64,000 bases of DNA from an uncultured Phycisphaerales bacterium (GTDB lineage Bacteria; Planctomycetota; Phycisphaerae; Sedimentisphaerales; Anaerobacaceae). Below the pieces are notes generated by a model. It was not told where the DNA came from. It saw only the letters and a program-made list of their open reading frames with translations, and ran no database searches. Numbering within the stretch: the stretch's first letter is position 1; every line of letters begins with the position of its first letter. Made by a program: the position numbers and the translations under genes. The stretch lies in contig CAVYYI010000001.1 in NCBI GenBank assembly GCA_963772725.1, positions 864,001 to 928,000 of the forward strand, in the 5' to 3' direction. Of this stretch, positions 20,779 through 30,273 are shown piece by piece.

Positions 20779-22716
20779 ATGCCAGAAGAAAAAATGAATG
20801 TTTTTGTTTACGGTTCGCTGCGTGACCCCGCGATTTTTAAGTCGGTCAGCGGCTTGTCCTTTACCATCAATCCCTCACACGTAAACCGGGAGAACCTGAT
20901 GGCTGAACCCGCTGTACTGCCCTACTATCGAAGGATTAGTCCCGACAACGTTTATTTTTATGCCATAGCCGACCTCTATTCGCGAATTGAGGGTTTTGTT
21001 ATTTATGACGTTCCGCCTTCGGCGATGAAGGAAATTGACCGCTACGAAGGTAAGCGGTATGACAGGGATACAGTGGAAGTCAACACCGCGAAAGGCATTG
21101 TCAAGGCACAGGCGTACCTGGCAAGTCACGAATCCATGAAAAAACGTTTCGGTGACAGGTTTCACGTCAATTTGATTCATGAACTCTGGCTGCGTAAAAG
21201 GATTGAGGAATTTTTCAAGAAACGCATCAGGCCAGGCGACCAGACACTCGACGCCGATTTGGAACGTCGTGCCAACAGGGAGCTTTTCGCTATTACAGAA
21301 AGAGACCTCGTTATTACCCATTATCGAACTGAAGGCATAAGCGACTACTATATCGAACATGAATTTGACAGGCCCCAGCCAACCATAAAGAACCTCTATA
21401 GCGATGCCGAGGCAATGCCTTTTATCGACAATTATTTGGCTATTGTTATAAGACAGGTACTGCTGAACCAACTCGATGAAAAGATACAGTCCCGGTTTCG
21501 CTTCGAGCTCGAGCATATGCGGACATCTGAGAGATACTTCAAACGCTCCGTAAGTCTCCTTATGGCTCTGTATATAATCAACGCCAACAAATCGACCGTC
21601 AATTTAATTATTCAAAAGGCTCTTAAGACTACGCCTCACGAAAAAAACGACCTGATAAACTACGTCAAGTATGCCGTTCATGCCGCTGACAGTATTTTCG
21701 ACGCACGCATTGCCCACGCCGTGCTTGACCGAATTCGTACGAATTTTGACCCCGGTCTTGTACCTCTTGGCGCTGAACTGGAATTCAGCAATCTCGGCAA
21801 AGACGCTGTTAACGCATTCCGCGGCAACTCTGCCCCTAAAGACCATGTTTATAACGGTTTTAAATATTTTAATGATTTCGGATTGAATATATTAACATGG
21901 AAACTTGGCGGCTACATAGACGACCATACCGATTCCGAGAATATGGCACGTCGAAGCGGTTTTCTTGAGCTTGCCCCGGGCAGATTGAATATCGTGGGCG
22001 AACTTTCCAGACCGGTAACTGCCACTCCATGGCTGCTTAGTCAGTTGATTCATGAAATTGTCTGTTTCTACGATGTTAAACCCCACAGCCTACACCTTTC
22101 TTTTCAGCTCAGAAAAAATCAGGTAGGCAAACAAAAAATTCTCCCCCTTGATTTTGTTCAGTGCCTTTTGACGCTTGGCGGCGGACTCGAACAAAAAGAC
22201 ACCGGCGGCCTCTGGATAACAAGATTATGCCGCAACGAAATAACACGAAATGTCGATGGTGAAGAACTTGTCTTTGCCCGGACAAGCAAGCGAAGATGGT
22301 ATCTTGGTGAGGATGAAGTCGCCGACAAGGTTCCCGCCCAGGCAATGACGCATATTCAGCAGTATAAATTCATCAGGCTCGAAGAATACGCTAATTATGA
22401 GCCGTTGATTCTTTGTCTCAAGGGTCTTCAGTTGAGTTATAATCCCGCCGATTACCTTACTGTCGAACAGTTAAACGGCAGCCCTGAACTCCAGGAGCAA
22501 TATAAGGAATTAAAAAGATGGGCGGCCGAACCTTCTGAAATCAGCAGGGAAACAATAGGGCGTTTTATCGCTGCAATCCAGGATGGTTTACTCCACGAAG
22601 CACACCGTCACCCCGTTCATAAACTCCATCATATTGACTGGGCACTAAGCGCTATAGACACACAGCTTCAGCTTTTTAATACGCGGGTAAAAGAGCAGCA
22701 TCACAACACCATCTGA
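20779..22716 (+). CDS. Gamma-glutamylcyclotransferase (AIG2-like) domain fused to a putative amidoligase-like domain
   Basis: FVYGSL...IDRYEG..Y.R at the N-terminus; LGAELEF, GFLELAP, HSLHLSF in the C-terminal half. Confidence 0.7.
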   Translation: MPEEKMNVFVYGSLRDPAIFKSVSGLSFTINPSHVNRENLMAEPAVLPYYRRISPDNVYFYAIADLYSRIEGFVIYDVPPSAMKEIDRYEGKRYDRDTVEVNTAKGIVKAQAYLASHESMKKRFGDRFHVNLIHELWLRKRIEEFFKKRIRPGDQTLDADLERRANRELFAITERDLVITHYRTEGISDYYIEHEFDRPQPTIKNLYSDAEAMPFIDNYLAIVIRQVLLNQLDEKIQSRFRFELEHMRTSERYFKRSVSLLMALYIINANKSTVNLIIQKALKTTPHEKNDLINYVKYAVHAADSIFDARIAHAVLDRIRTNFDPGLVPLGAELEFSNLGKDAVNAFRGNSAPKDHVYNGFKYFNDFGLNILTWKLGGYIDDHTDSENMARRSGFLELAPGRLNIVGELSRPVTATPWLLSQLIHEIVCFYDVKPHSLHLSFQLRKNQVGKQKILPLDFVQCLLTLGGGLEQKDTGGLWITRLCRNEITRNVDGEELVFARTSKRRWYLGEDEVADKVPAQAMTHIQQYKFIRLEEYANYEPLILCLKGLQLSYNPADYLTVEQLNGSPELQEQYKELKRWAAEPSEISRETIGRFIAAIQDGLLHEAHRHPVHKLHHIDWALSAIDTQLQLFNTRVKEQHHNTI

Positions 22717-22717
22717 C

Positions 22718-23197
22718 TCATCGTCTATAATTTTTTCGATAGATTCTCTTTTGCTTCAGTCTTTTAATCGCGAATTTTGCCACCTCCTCGTGGTCGAAAG
22801 CCATATTTGATGGCAGATTCTCTATGTCGAACCATTTCGCCTCTGAAGCGTCATCCCCGCCTTTGACTTTCTTCGCTTTGCCGCTCACTATACCCATAAA
22901 AACAATCGTAATTTGTCTGCCTCGCGGGTCTCTGCCGCATCTGCCGAAAGTATGCATCTGCTCAAGCTGGACATTCTTCAACCCAGTTTCCTCTTCCAGC
23001 TCTCTGGCGACGGCAACCTCAAGTTCCTCATCTATCTCTATAAATCCTCCAGGGAAAGCCCACTTGCCTTTGAATGGTTCATTGCCTCGCTTTATCAGCA
23101 GTATTTTGGCGACGCTGCCGCTAACTGAGAAAACAACCGCGTCAACTGTAACCATTGGCCGAGGCCACTTATACACGTACCTTCCTTTTTTAGCCAT
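22718..23197 (-). CDS. NUDIX hydrolase
   Basis: Nudix box PGGFIEIDEELEVAVARELEEETG; RDPRGR; MAFDH. Confidence 0.92.
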   Translation of the reverse strand: MAKKGRYVYKWPRPMVTVDAVVFSVSGSVAKILLIKRGNEPFKGKWAFPGGFIEIDEELEVAVARELEEETGLKNVQLEQMHTFGRCGRDPRGRQITIVFMGIVSGKAKKVKGGDDASEAKWFDIENLPSNMAFDHEEVAKFAIKRLKQKRIYRKNYRR

Positions 23198-23416
23198 AAT
23201 GATATTCCATTATATTACAAGCCGAGATCGCAAGTTAAACTGTCGAAAAATGTTGGTTGGTTGCTTGTGCGTTCCATAATCTTTGCATCCATGCAATAAA
23301 ATTGACTATTGAATGGACGCATTATATCATATCCGCTGATAATTGCATTAATGTTTTGTAAAAAATGCATAGTTTTTCAGAGGTCTCAATTACCATTCTG
23401 CGAAATTTTAAAATTT

Positions 23417-23478
23417 GTCATACCTGCGAAAGCAGGTATCCAGTTCAGAAAGTGGATTCCCGCTTGCGAGGGAATGAC
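23417..23478. repeat. REP-like inverted hairpin doublet
   Basis: GTCATACCTGCGAAAGCAGGTATCCA ... TGGATTCCCGCTTGCGAGGGAATGAC. Confidence 0.7.
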
Positions 23479-23501
23479 TTACTTATAGAAATCGATTTTT
23501 A

Positions 23502-24388
23502 ATGAAAATTTGGATAATATTCAGCTTTGCCGCGATGTTCGCCAATACCGCGAAAGTTGTTATCGTCAATAGATATGGCCGCAGAATCGACCCGCGTCTG
23601 CTTGTGCTTAGCAGCAGAATTATCTCCGCTGTGGTACTGCTGCCCATATTGTGGATTGTTGAACGCCGCTTGCCTTCATCTATGATATTTTGGCTGATGG
23701 TTATAATCACCTCCGTATTGACCTCCATATCGAGCGTCCTTTTCACCGAATCAGTCAGAAGGGGACGCCTCAGCGTCGTAATGCCCATCCAGGCCTCTGT
23801 CCCCGCTTTCTCCCTGCTGACTCTGCTTGTGATATATCAGGAGTCATCGAAACTATCTACGATTATTTTTATGCTCCTGTGTATGGCCACTGTCGCGTAC
23901 ACTATGTACCAAAGCTATCGCGGCGAAAATCCAAGAGTAAAAAAGTTTTTCATTTTCAGCGTCTATTCCATCATATCCGCCGCTCTATTCGGCTTCTGCA
24001 CCGTCCTCAACAGGGTAGCAATATCACAACTCATAAAAGGCGCTCTCGCTTATTCCGCCTGCTGGAACCTCGTAAGTTCTGGCATCCTTTCAGTCGAATG
24101 TTTTCGCGCGGCTTGTTAAAGAAAGCCCTCACTACTAATAAATGGGGCACAATAATATCCTACGGCTTCGCCACCCTTGCCGCGTTTTACACCCAGCAGT
24201 ACGCCGTCCAGGAATCCCTAAAAATCCCCGGCGCCGTAGTAAATGTTAAAGCTATCATTATGCTCTATCTCCCAACCGTCTCACTGCTCGGCTGGCTTTT
24301 CTTTAAGGAACGTACCTCAAGACGTGTCCTTATCGGCGGCCTAATTGCCATCGCCTTCGGCATGGCACTCGTCAAAACCCTGATGTAA
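23502..24388 (+). CDS. EamA/DMT-family transporter, frameshift near 24110
   Basis: About 10 TM in two repeats; ends LGWLFFKERTSRRVLIGGLIAIAFG. Confidence 0.7.
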
Positions 24389-24470
24389 TATCACGTCTCC
24401 CGCCAAGGCGCAAAAAAAGATGTAGAGAAGAAAAAATTAAATCTGTGTTTATCCGTGGTTAGCGATTTGC

Positions 24471-26006
24471 GTAATGGGTCAGTTATGGGTGGGCAGGTGC
24501 AGGTTATGATGAGTCGGCACGGAAGAGAACTTTGGAAAGGTCTATATCAGGCTGTTCGGCAAGTTTGTCGAGGGCAGACTTGAAGGCATCAACAACATCC
24601 GGACATCTTTTTCGCATAGTATGTAATACCGTCATAAGAATCTCACGCGTTTTTGCCCCATCTTCAGATTGAGAGCCGAAACTTATCTTTCTGGCAATAA
24701 CAAGCGGACGCAGTTCTCGTTCAGCCAAATTGTTATCTGCCGGTACCTTACGGTCATCGGCCCAGTGGTAAAGCCTATCGGCCTTTTCACGAAAAATATC
24801 CTGCATATTCTGGATGGCCGGATGGTTGGCATGGTGATTAACAATATCGATGATGGCTCTCTTAATTTTAGCTGCCTGCCGCTTAAACTGTCGGTCTGTT
24901 ATATCTAATGTGCGAAGGCTGATTGCATTAGCCAACTGGGAGACCAACGCTTCAACGAAAGACCTGATTTCCACGTTTTCGGGAAAATCTTTTTCCAAAT
25001 CCTTAACATTACGCAATAGATGTGCATAACAATATTGAATCTTACAAGGCATCCTATTGTAGCCGTTATAGCGATCCACAACCAGAACACCCGGCAAGGG
25101 CTTTTCGCCAAAAACCTCTTTGGCTACACGGGCAGAACGGCTGGAGCGGAATCGAAAGATACTAATATCAGGCGTGCAAAACAGCCACGAGAAACCGTTC
25201 TGGCCGTCTGTCCGCCAACCAGTCTCATCAGCGTGCTTAACAGCGGCCTTGCGATAGTCTTCTATGAGTGATTTGGGAACATCTTTCAATATCCCTGCCA
25301 ACTGGTGCAAAGCGTCAACTATACTGCTGTAGCCGATGCCTGTTTGTTTTTCTATCTGACCCAGTGTATTGCCATAGATATAGTGCTGTACTGCCACATA
25401 GACAAGCAGATTATTCGAATATAAACACTTTGGCAGAACACCAGGAGGTTTGGCGGCAACTACCTTTTGGCATCGCGGACAATACTTGCGTTCCAAATTA
25501 TACAGAAGCTTTTTTATCTTAACAGGCTGGCAATCAATTACCGCTCGTTGTCTTGTGCCTTTGTTCTCCAAAACGCTTCCGCAATCAGGGCATATATCGG
25601 CTGCCTCAACCCTTTGCACATAGTCCGCATCTTTTTCACAGACACCGGTTCTGCCGTGACCTTTATGACCTGTTTTGCCTCCGCCGCAATTATTTGTGTG
25701 TTCTATCTGACAATTCGGCTTAATGGGAATTTTAGCGGATGGCGTGGATGAGCCGAAAAAACCTTCTTGGGCTGTCCTTTCCTTGTGTCGTAATTTTGCC
25801 TTGAGTGAAACTATCTGTTCCTGAAGCTCATCGATTTTACGTTGTTTTTCAAGGCATTGCTGACAGTAAATCATCTGCGTTTATTCCCGATTTGTTTGTC
25901 TTATCTCATCAAACTGTGGATTTTATCGGAAATCCTACGCCATAAACTTGAGCACCTTAATACTTACAGCAAAATCAATATCTCCCACCCATAACTGACC
26001 CATTAC
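24471..26006 (-). mobile_element. Single-ORF IS66-family (ISBst12-like) element, copy 1, intact
   Basis: IR GTAATGGGTCAGTTATGGGTGGG; 8-bp target duplication CGATTTGC at 24463-24470 and 26007-26014. Confidence 0.95.
24504..25874 (-). CDS. IS66-family transposase
   Basis: SSTPS, CPDC/CPRC, HADETGW, VVDRY, CYAHLLR, DNNLAERELR. Confidence 0.93.
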   Translation of the reverse strand: MIYCQQCLEKQRKIDELQEQIVSLKAKLRHKERTAQEGFFGSSTPSAKIPIKPNCQIEHTNNCGGGKTGHKGHGRTGVCEKDADYVQRVEAADICPDCGSVLENKGTRQRAVIDCQPVKIKKLLYNLERKYCPRCQKVVAAKPPGVLPKCLYSNNLLVYVAVQHYIYGNTLGQIEKQTGIGYSSIVDALHQLAGILKDVPKSLIEDYRKAAVKHADETGWRTDGQNGFSWLFCTPDISIFRFRSSRSARVAKEVFGEKPLPGVLVVDRYNGYNRMPCKIQYCYAHLLRNVKDLEKDFPENVEIRSFVEALVSQLANAISLRTLDITDRQFKRQAAKIKRAIIDIVNHHANHPAIQNMQDIFREKADRLYHWADDRKVPADNNLAERELRPLVIARKISFGSQSEDGAKTREILMTVLHTMRKRCPDVVDAFKSALDKLAEQPDIDLSKVLFRADSS

Positions 26007-26025
26007 CGATTTGCGGATAATTTTC

Positions 26026-26054
26026 TTGCAAATCCGTCTGGGGAGGTGTATATT
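26026..26054 (+). promoter_or_regulatory. Putative sigma70 promoter upstream of tRNA-Lys
   Basis: TTGCAA-17 bp-TATATT. Confidence 0.35.
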
Positions 26055-26144
26055 CCTCATTTTTCATGAAATTGCGCAATTAGGCAGGATTTTAGTTTTT
26101 AGATTGCGGCTTTTTGGTTATAATCGTGCAGCGCAGTTGGTTTC

Positions 26145-26217
26145 GGGAGTGTAGCTCAGTTGGTAGAGCACCGCACTTTTAATGCGTAGGTCCTGCGTTC
26201 GAATCGCAGCACTCCCA
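26145..26217 (+). tRNA. tRNA-Lys (anticodon TTT)
   Basis: GGGAGTG/CACTCCC acceptor stem, GCTCAGTTGGTAGAGC D-arm, CTTTTAA loop, GTTCGAATC T-loop; CCA not encoded. Confidence 0.95.
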
Positions 26218-26469
26218 GTTTTTGAGTTTTGAGTTCTTAGTTTCGAGTTAGCTAAAGCCACAAATTAACACAGTTTTTTTGACACGGATTAACGCGGATT
26301 GATCCGCCACGGCTGATTTTAAATTCATTTCTCTGCGTTTATCTAACCTGTTTTTAATTTCCCTTAAGATTAGAGGATGGGTATAATAAATAATATTTAT
26401 CTTTTATTGGTTTAGCAGTTTGCTTTTTATGAACTAAAAACTAATAATATTTGAAAGGGGTTTTATATT

Positions 26470-26649
26470 ATGCTGGACATAAGCAAACTTGCTGAAAAGT
26501 TGACAGAAACCACAGACCCCCTTTCACGAAAGTAACTGTAAGAACTTTAGGAAAAAACAAAAAGGAAGAAAGGGAGACAGGTTATGTTCACGGCAATATT
26601 CTGGTTTGCACTGGGAATGTTTACTTATTACGCAATAAAGAAACTTTAA
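26470..26649 (+). pseudogene. Degenerate paralog of 27629..27973 with three in-frame stops
   Basis: MLDISKLAEKLTETTDPLSRK*L*EL*EK versus MLGIKKLEEKLAETTDPILREQLQELLEK; upstream region also duplicated. Confidence 0.75.
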
Positions 26650-26859
26650 GGAAATTCAAAATGAGAAATGATGAATACGGAGGACTAATCGGTCTATATC
26701 GTTGATTTTAACCCGCCTAAAACAGCGTATAATGGATTATCTTTTGTTTTTAGTTAAAGGTTAGGACTATGTTGTGATAATTGATTATAGAAGATATATG
26801 AATACATAATAACTATTTATTAGTTGTACTCAAAAAAGTTTGCTATTTACCAAGGATAG

Positions 26860-27438
26860 TTATGCCAACAGTGGCGCATAAGGTTCGATTAGCCGCCACC
26901 ATTCAGAAGGAGTAATGATTTTTATAGGCAAATTTTTCAAATATTCACGTTTCCTTAGAATAGTCTTCCAATCTCTGGTACAGAAACAATCACACTTATA
27001 TACTATTGCTTCACAGATAAGTATTCTATCGTTTCTATCTGGTAAGGTATTTAAAAGCCCCGAAGATAAGAGTTGAATTTTCATCGCCTCCGCTTCAATA
27101 AAAGAGGGCAAATCATTATTTCCTTTGATAGTCTCAACCCAATAATTCCAAACTTCGGAAAACCATTTGTTAAGACAATACTTCTTTGACAAGTCCTTAG
27201 TCTCCATCACTTCTTTATATGTAGAGGGAGATATCGCAAGTTGCCACATTGCTCGGCTTCCCGTCAGAAAGATATTATAGAAAGCCCATATATCGTCAAG
27301 AACATACTTGTTCAAGGTAGATGGTGGGTTTACTCCATCAAAAATAAATTCGCCATATTCCAAAATAAAATTGACTGAGCAAGTATCAAGAAAAGCTCAA
27401 CCCGGTATTTGATTTAATTCCATATCAGATATACTCAC
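26860..27438 (-). pseudogene. PIN-domain protein with in-frame TGA at 27397-27399
   Basis: Frame reads MELNQIPG*AFLDTCSVNFIL...DRILICEAIVYKCDCFCTRD; PIN acidic motifs. Confidence 0.6.
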
Positions 27439-27628
27439 ATAGCTCATTTATATTAGTTCCTGAAACTATAATTTATGGTAATAAAAAGTAAAGAAAATTC
27501 TGCTGGTACAAAATAAATTGTGTAACAGTTACAAAAGGGGTATAATAAATAGTGCTTTGTTTTTAATGATTTAGCAGTTTGCTTTTTATGAACTAAAAAC
27601 TAATAATATTTGAAGGGAGTTTTATATT

Positions 27629-27973
27629 ATGCTCGGCATAAAGAAACTTGAAGAAAAGTTAGCAGAAACTACAGACCCCATTTTGCGAGAGCAACTTCAA
27701 GAACTGTTGGAAAAAAGAAAAAAAGAAAAAAAGCAGTGGGTATGGGGTATTTTTGTGATTTTCTGGATATTTCTAATCTTCAATTTTATTTCATTTTGGT
27801 TAGATTATAAGCATAAAGAAAAAATGATGAATATGGACTACCAACACAAAGCATGGATGATAGACCGAGAGATGGAGATAAAATCCTTAGAGGCCCAAAG
27901 GCGGTCGATGGACCAGATGATAGAGGACCAAAAGTGGTTGATAGAGCATCAAAATAAGGGTTTAGACAAGTAA
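27629..27973 (+). CDS. Single-TM coiled-coil protein, hypothetical
   Basis: GGGAG RBS; one TM segment flanked by charged helices. Confidence 0.65.
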   Translation: MLGIKKLEEKLAETTDPILREQLQELLEKRKKEKKQWVWGIFVIFWIFLIFNFISFWLDYKHKEKMMNMDYQHKAWMIDREMEIKSLEAQRRSMDQMIEDQKWLIEHQNKGLDK

Positions 27974-28081
27974 ATAATTTCTGTAATGATTACCTCGCGT
28001 CTGACCCGAAGAAGTAGAGCTACTCGGCCTCGGTCCGATGATGTTGAAAAAACGAAAAAGCCAGCAGACAAATTTGCTATT

Positions 28082-29156
28082 TTAAACTTTTGTGGGGATG
28101 GGGCAGGGTTTGGTAATTTCTTTGATGGCGGATTTTACTTTTGTTCTGCCAGGCTGAGTTTTGCTGATAACATTGTCGGTGGCAGTGGTGCATACGGAGC
28201 GTAATTTTTTGTACCTGTTTTCGACGAGGGTATCGATTTTTGTTCGTCGCAATTCGGCGAGAGTTTTCTCTATATATTTTTCGACATTATAAACGGTGTC
28301 GTGAATATTGCGGTGCGCATCCGCCGAGCGGTTCGGAAATAACGGCGTCTATCAACCTGAGCCTGCTGAGGTCTTTGCTCGTCAATTTAAGCGCCTCGGC
28401 AGCATGTTCAGCCTGTGAGCCATCCCGCCAGAGAATTGCAGCACAGCCTTCTGGTGAAATTACGGAATAATACGAGAATTCGAGCATCGCAAGCCTGTCG
28501 CCGACGCCTATACCGAGTGCGCCGCCTGAGCCGCCCTCACCAATGACTATACAGATAATCGGCACTTTGAGGCGGGACATTTCCATAAGATTAACGGCAA
28601 TAGCCTGCGCCTGGCCTCGTTCTTCTGCGCCGACGCCGGGATAAGCGCCGGGGGTGTCGATTAAGGTTACGACGGGGATGTTATATTTTTCGGCGAATTT
28701 CATTTTGGCCATGGCTTTACGATAACCCTCGGGATTGGGACAGCCGAAATTACACGCGATTTTTTCCTTGGTGGTTCTGCCTTTATTCTGGCCGATAACC
28801 ATGACTTTGTTTCTGCCGATTTGTCCTATGCCTGTTATCATAGCCTTATCGTTGCCGAAACATCTGTCGCCGTGCAATTCGCGGAAATCCTTGACCATCA
28901 GGCCGAGATAATCGGGCAAAAGCGGCCTTTTCGGGTGGCGGGCAACCTGCACGGTCTGCCATGCGGAAAGGTTTGAGTAAATATGCTTGAGTTCGGCAAT
29001 CTGTTCCTGCTGAAGCCTGCGAATTTCAGCGGAGTAATCGATACCCTTGATGGAGCTAAGCCTGCGCAGCTCGTCCATCTGGCCATCGAGTTCGGCTATT
29101 CTTTCCTCAAACTTCAGATAATCACCATCACCGATTCTATTTTTATTATTAGCCAT
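28082..29156 (-). CDS. accA: Acetyl-CoA carboxylase carboxyltransferase alpha subunit, frameshift near 28318
   Basis: ARHPKRP, ELHGDR, PEGYRKA, IDTPGAYPGVGAEERGQ, GEGGSGGAL, SVISPEGCAAILW. Confidence 0.95.
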
Positions 29157-29394
29157 TTTATTTATTTTATTATTGCCCTGTAGGCTGGATATGAACGCTG
29201 AAAGCATAAAAAAAGCCTGTCCCTGCACAGCGGACCCAGGCGTCAAACTCAACTGCCATATCCATTGACCTTTCCATTTATAAAATAATAATAGCATTTT
29301 GGCGGGATAAATAAAAGAAAAAAATTGACTTTCGGCAGATATTACTATACTTTTTATCAGCGTATGTTTTAATATAAATATTTATAAGGTCTTT

Positions 29395-30273
29395 ATGGAA
29401 AAAGACTTAAAGCAAATAACTGTTGTCGGATTGGGTCTTTTAGGAGGCTCAATAACATTGACTGTTTTGCGGTCTTTTCCGGGTGTCAAGGCGGTTGGTT
29501 ACAGTCATCGCCAATCCACACGAGAAAAGGCGAGGCAGTTAGCGATAGCCAGCGAAATAGCTGACGACCTCTGTCAAAGCGTTTCGCAGGCGGATATGGT
29601 CATTCTGGCCACTCCTATATGCACATTCGAGGAGATTCTCCGCGAGATAGCCGATGCCCTGCCCGCTGGGTGCATTGTTACAGATGTCGGCTCAACAAAA
29701 GTGCTTCCGCACCGCTGGGCGGAAAAACTGCTGCCGAAAAATGTTTTTTATGTCGGTTCTCATCCCATAGCAGGTTCAGAACAGAGAGGCATCGAATTCT
29801 CCAGGGACGATTTGTTTGATAAGTCTTTGTGTATCCTGACAGCGACAAAGAAAACCAATAATGCAGCACTGGAAACGGTCAGAGAATTCTGGTCTGCCCT
29901 GGGATGCACTATAAAAGTAATGCCCCCTGCCGAACACGATAAGATTCTGGCGAGTATTAGTCATTTGCCCCATATAACGGCGGCATCACTGGTGAACGCG
30001 GCGAAAGATGATTTTCTGGAATTCGCTGGTAAAGGTTTTATAGATACTACGAGGATTGCCTCGGGGCCGGCTAATATCTGGGCGGACATCCTGTTCACAA
30101 ACGCAGATAACATTACAAAAAATATCGACATGCTTACAGCGGAGCTGGCGAAAGTTAAAAAGGCGATACAAAGCGGTGACAAAAATGAAATAGAACAACT
30201 GCTCGAAAAAGCGAGAAGCAAACGTAACGCAATGATAGAGCAGAAAATGAAAAAGAAGGAAATAGCATCGTGA
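29395..30273 (+). CDS. tyrA: Prephenate/arogenate dehydrogenase
   Basis: [25 protein letters not shown]...SHLPH, DTTRIA. Confidence 0.92.
   Translation: MEKDLKQITVVGLGLLGGSITLTVLRSFPGVKAVGYSHRQSTREKARQLAIASEIADDLCQSVSQADMVILATPICTFEEILREIADALPAGCIVTDVGSTKVLPHRWAEKLLPKNVFYVGSHPIAGSEQRGIEFSRDDLFDKSLCILTATKKTNNAALETVREFWSALGCTIKVMPPAEHDKILASISHLPHITAASLVNAAKDDFLEFAGKGFIDTTRIASGPANIWADILFTNADNITKNIDMLTAELAKVKKAIQSGDKNEIEQLLEKARSKRNAMIEQKMKKKEIAS

Noticed and set aside
26470..27438. Stop-codon reassignment or selenocysteine
   Set aside because: TAA, TAG and TGA all terminate normal genes in this window; the stops fit simple point mutations, and the TGA is not at a Cys-like position.
26145..27980. 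Prophage or integrative element at tRNA-Lys
   Set aside because: No integrase, and I saw no duplicated tRNA 3' end.
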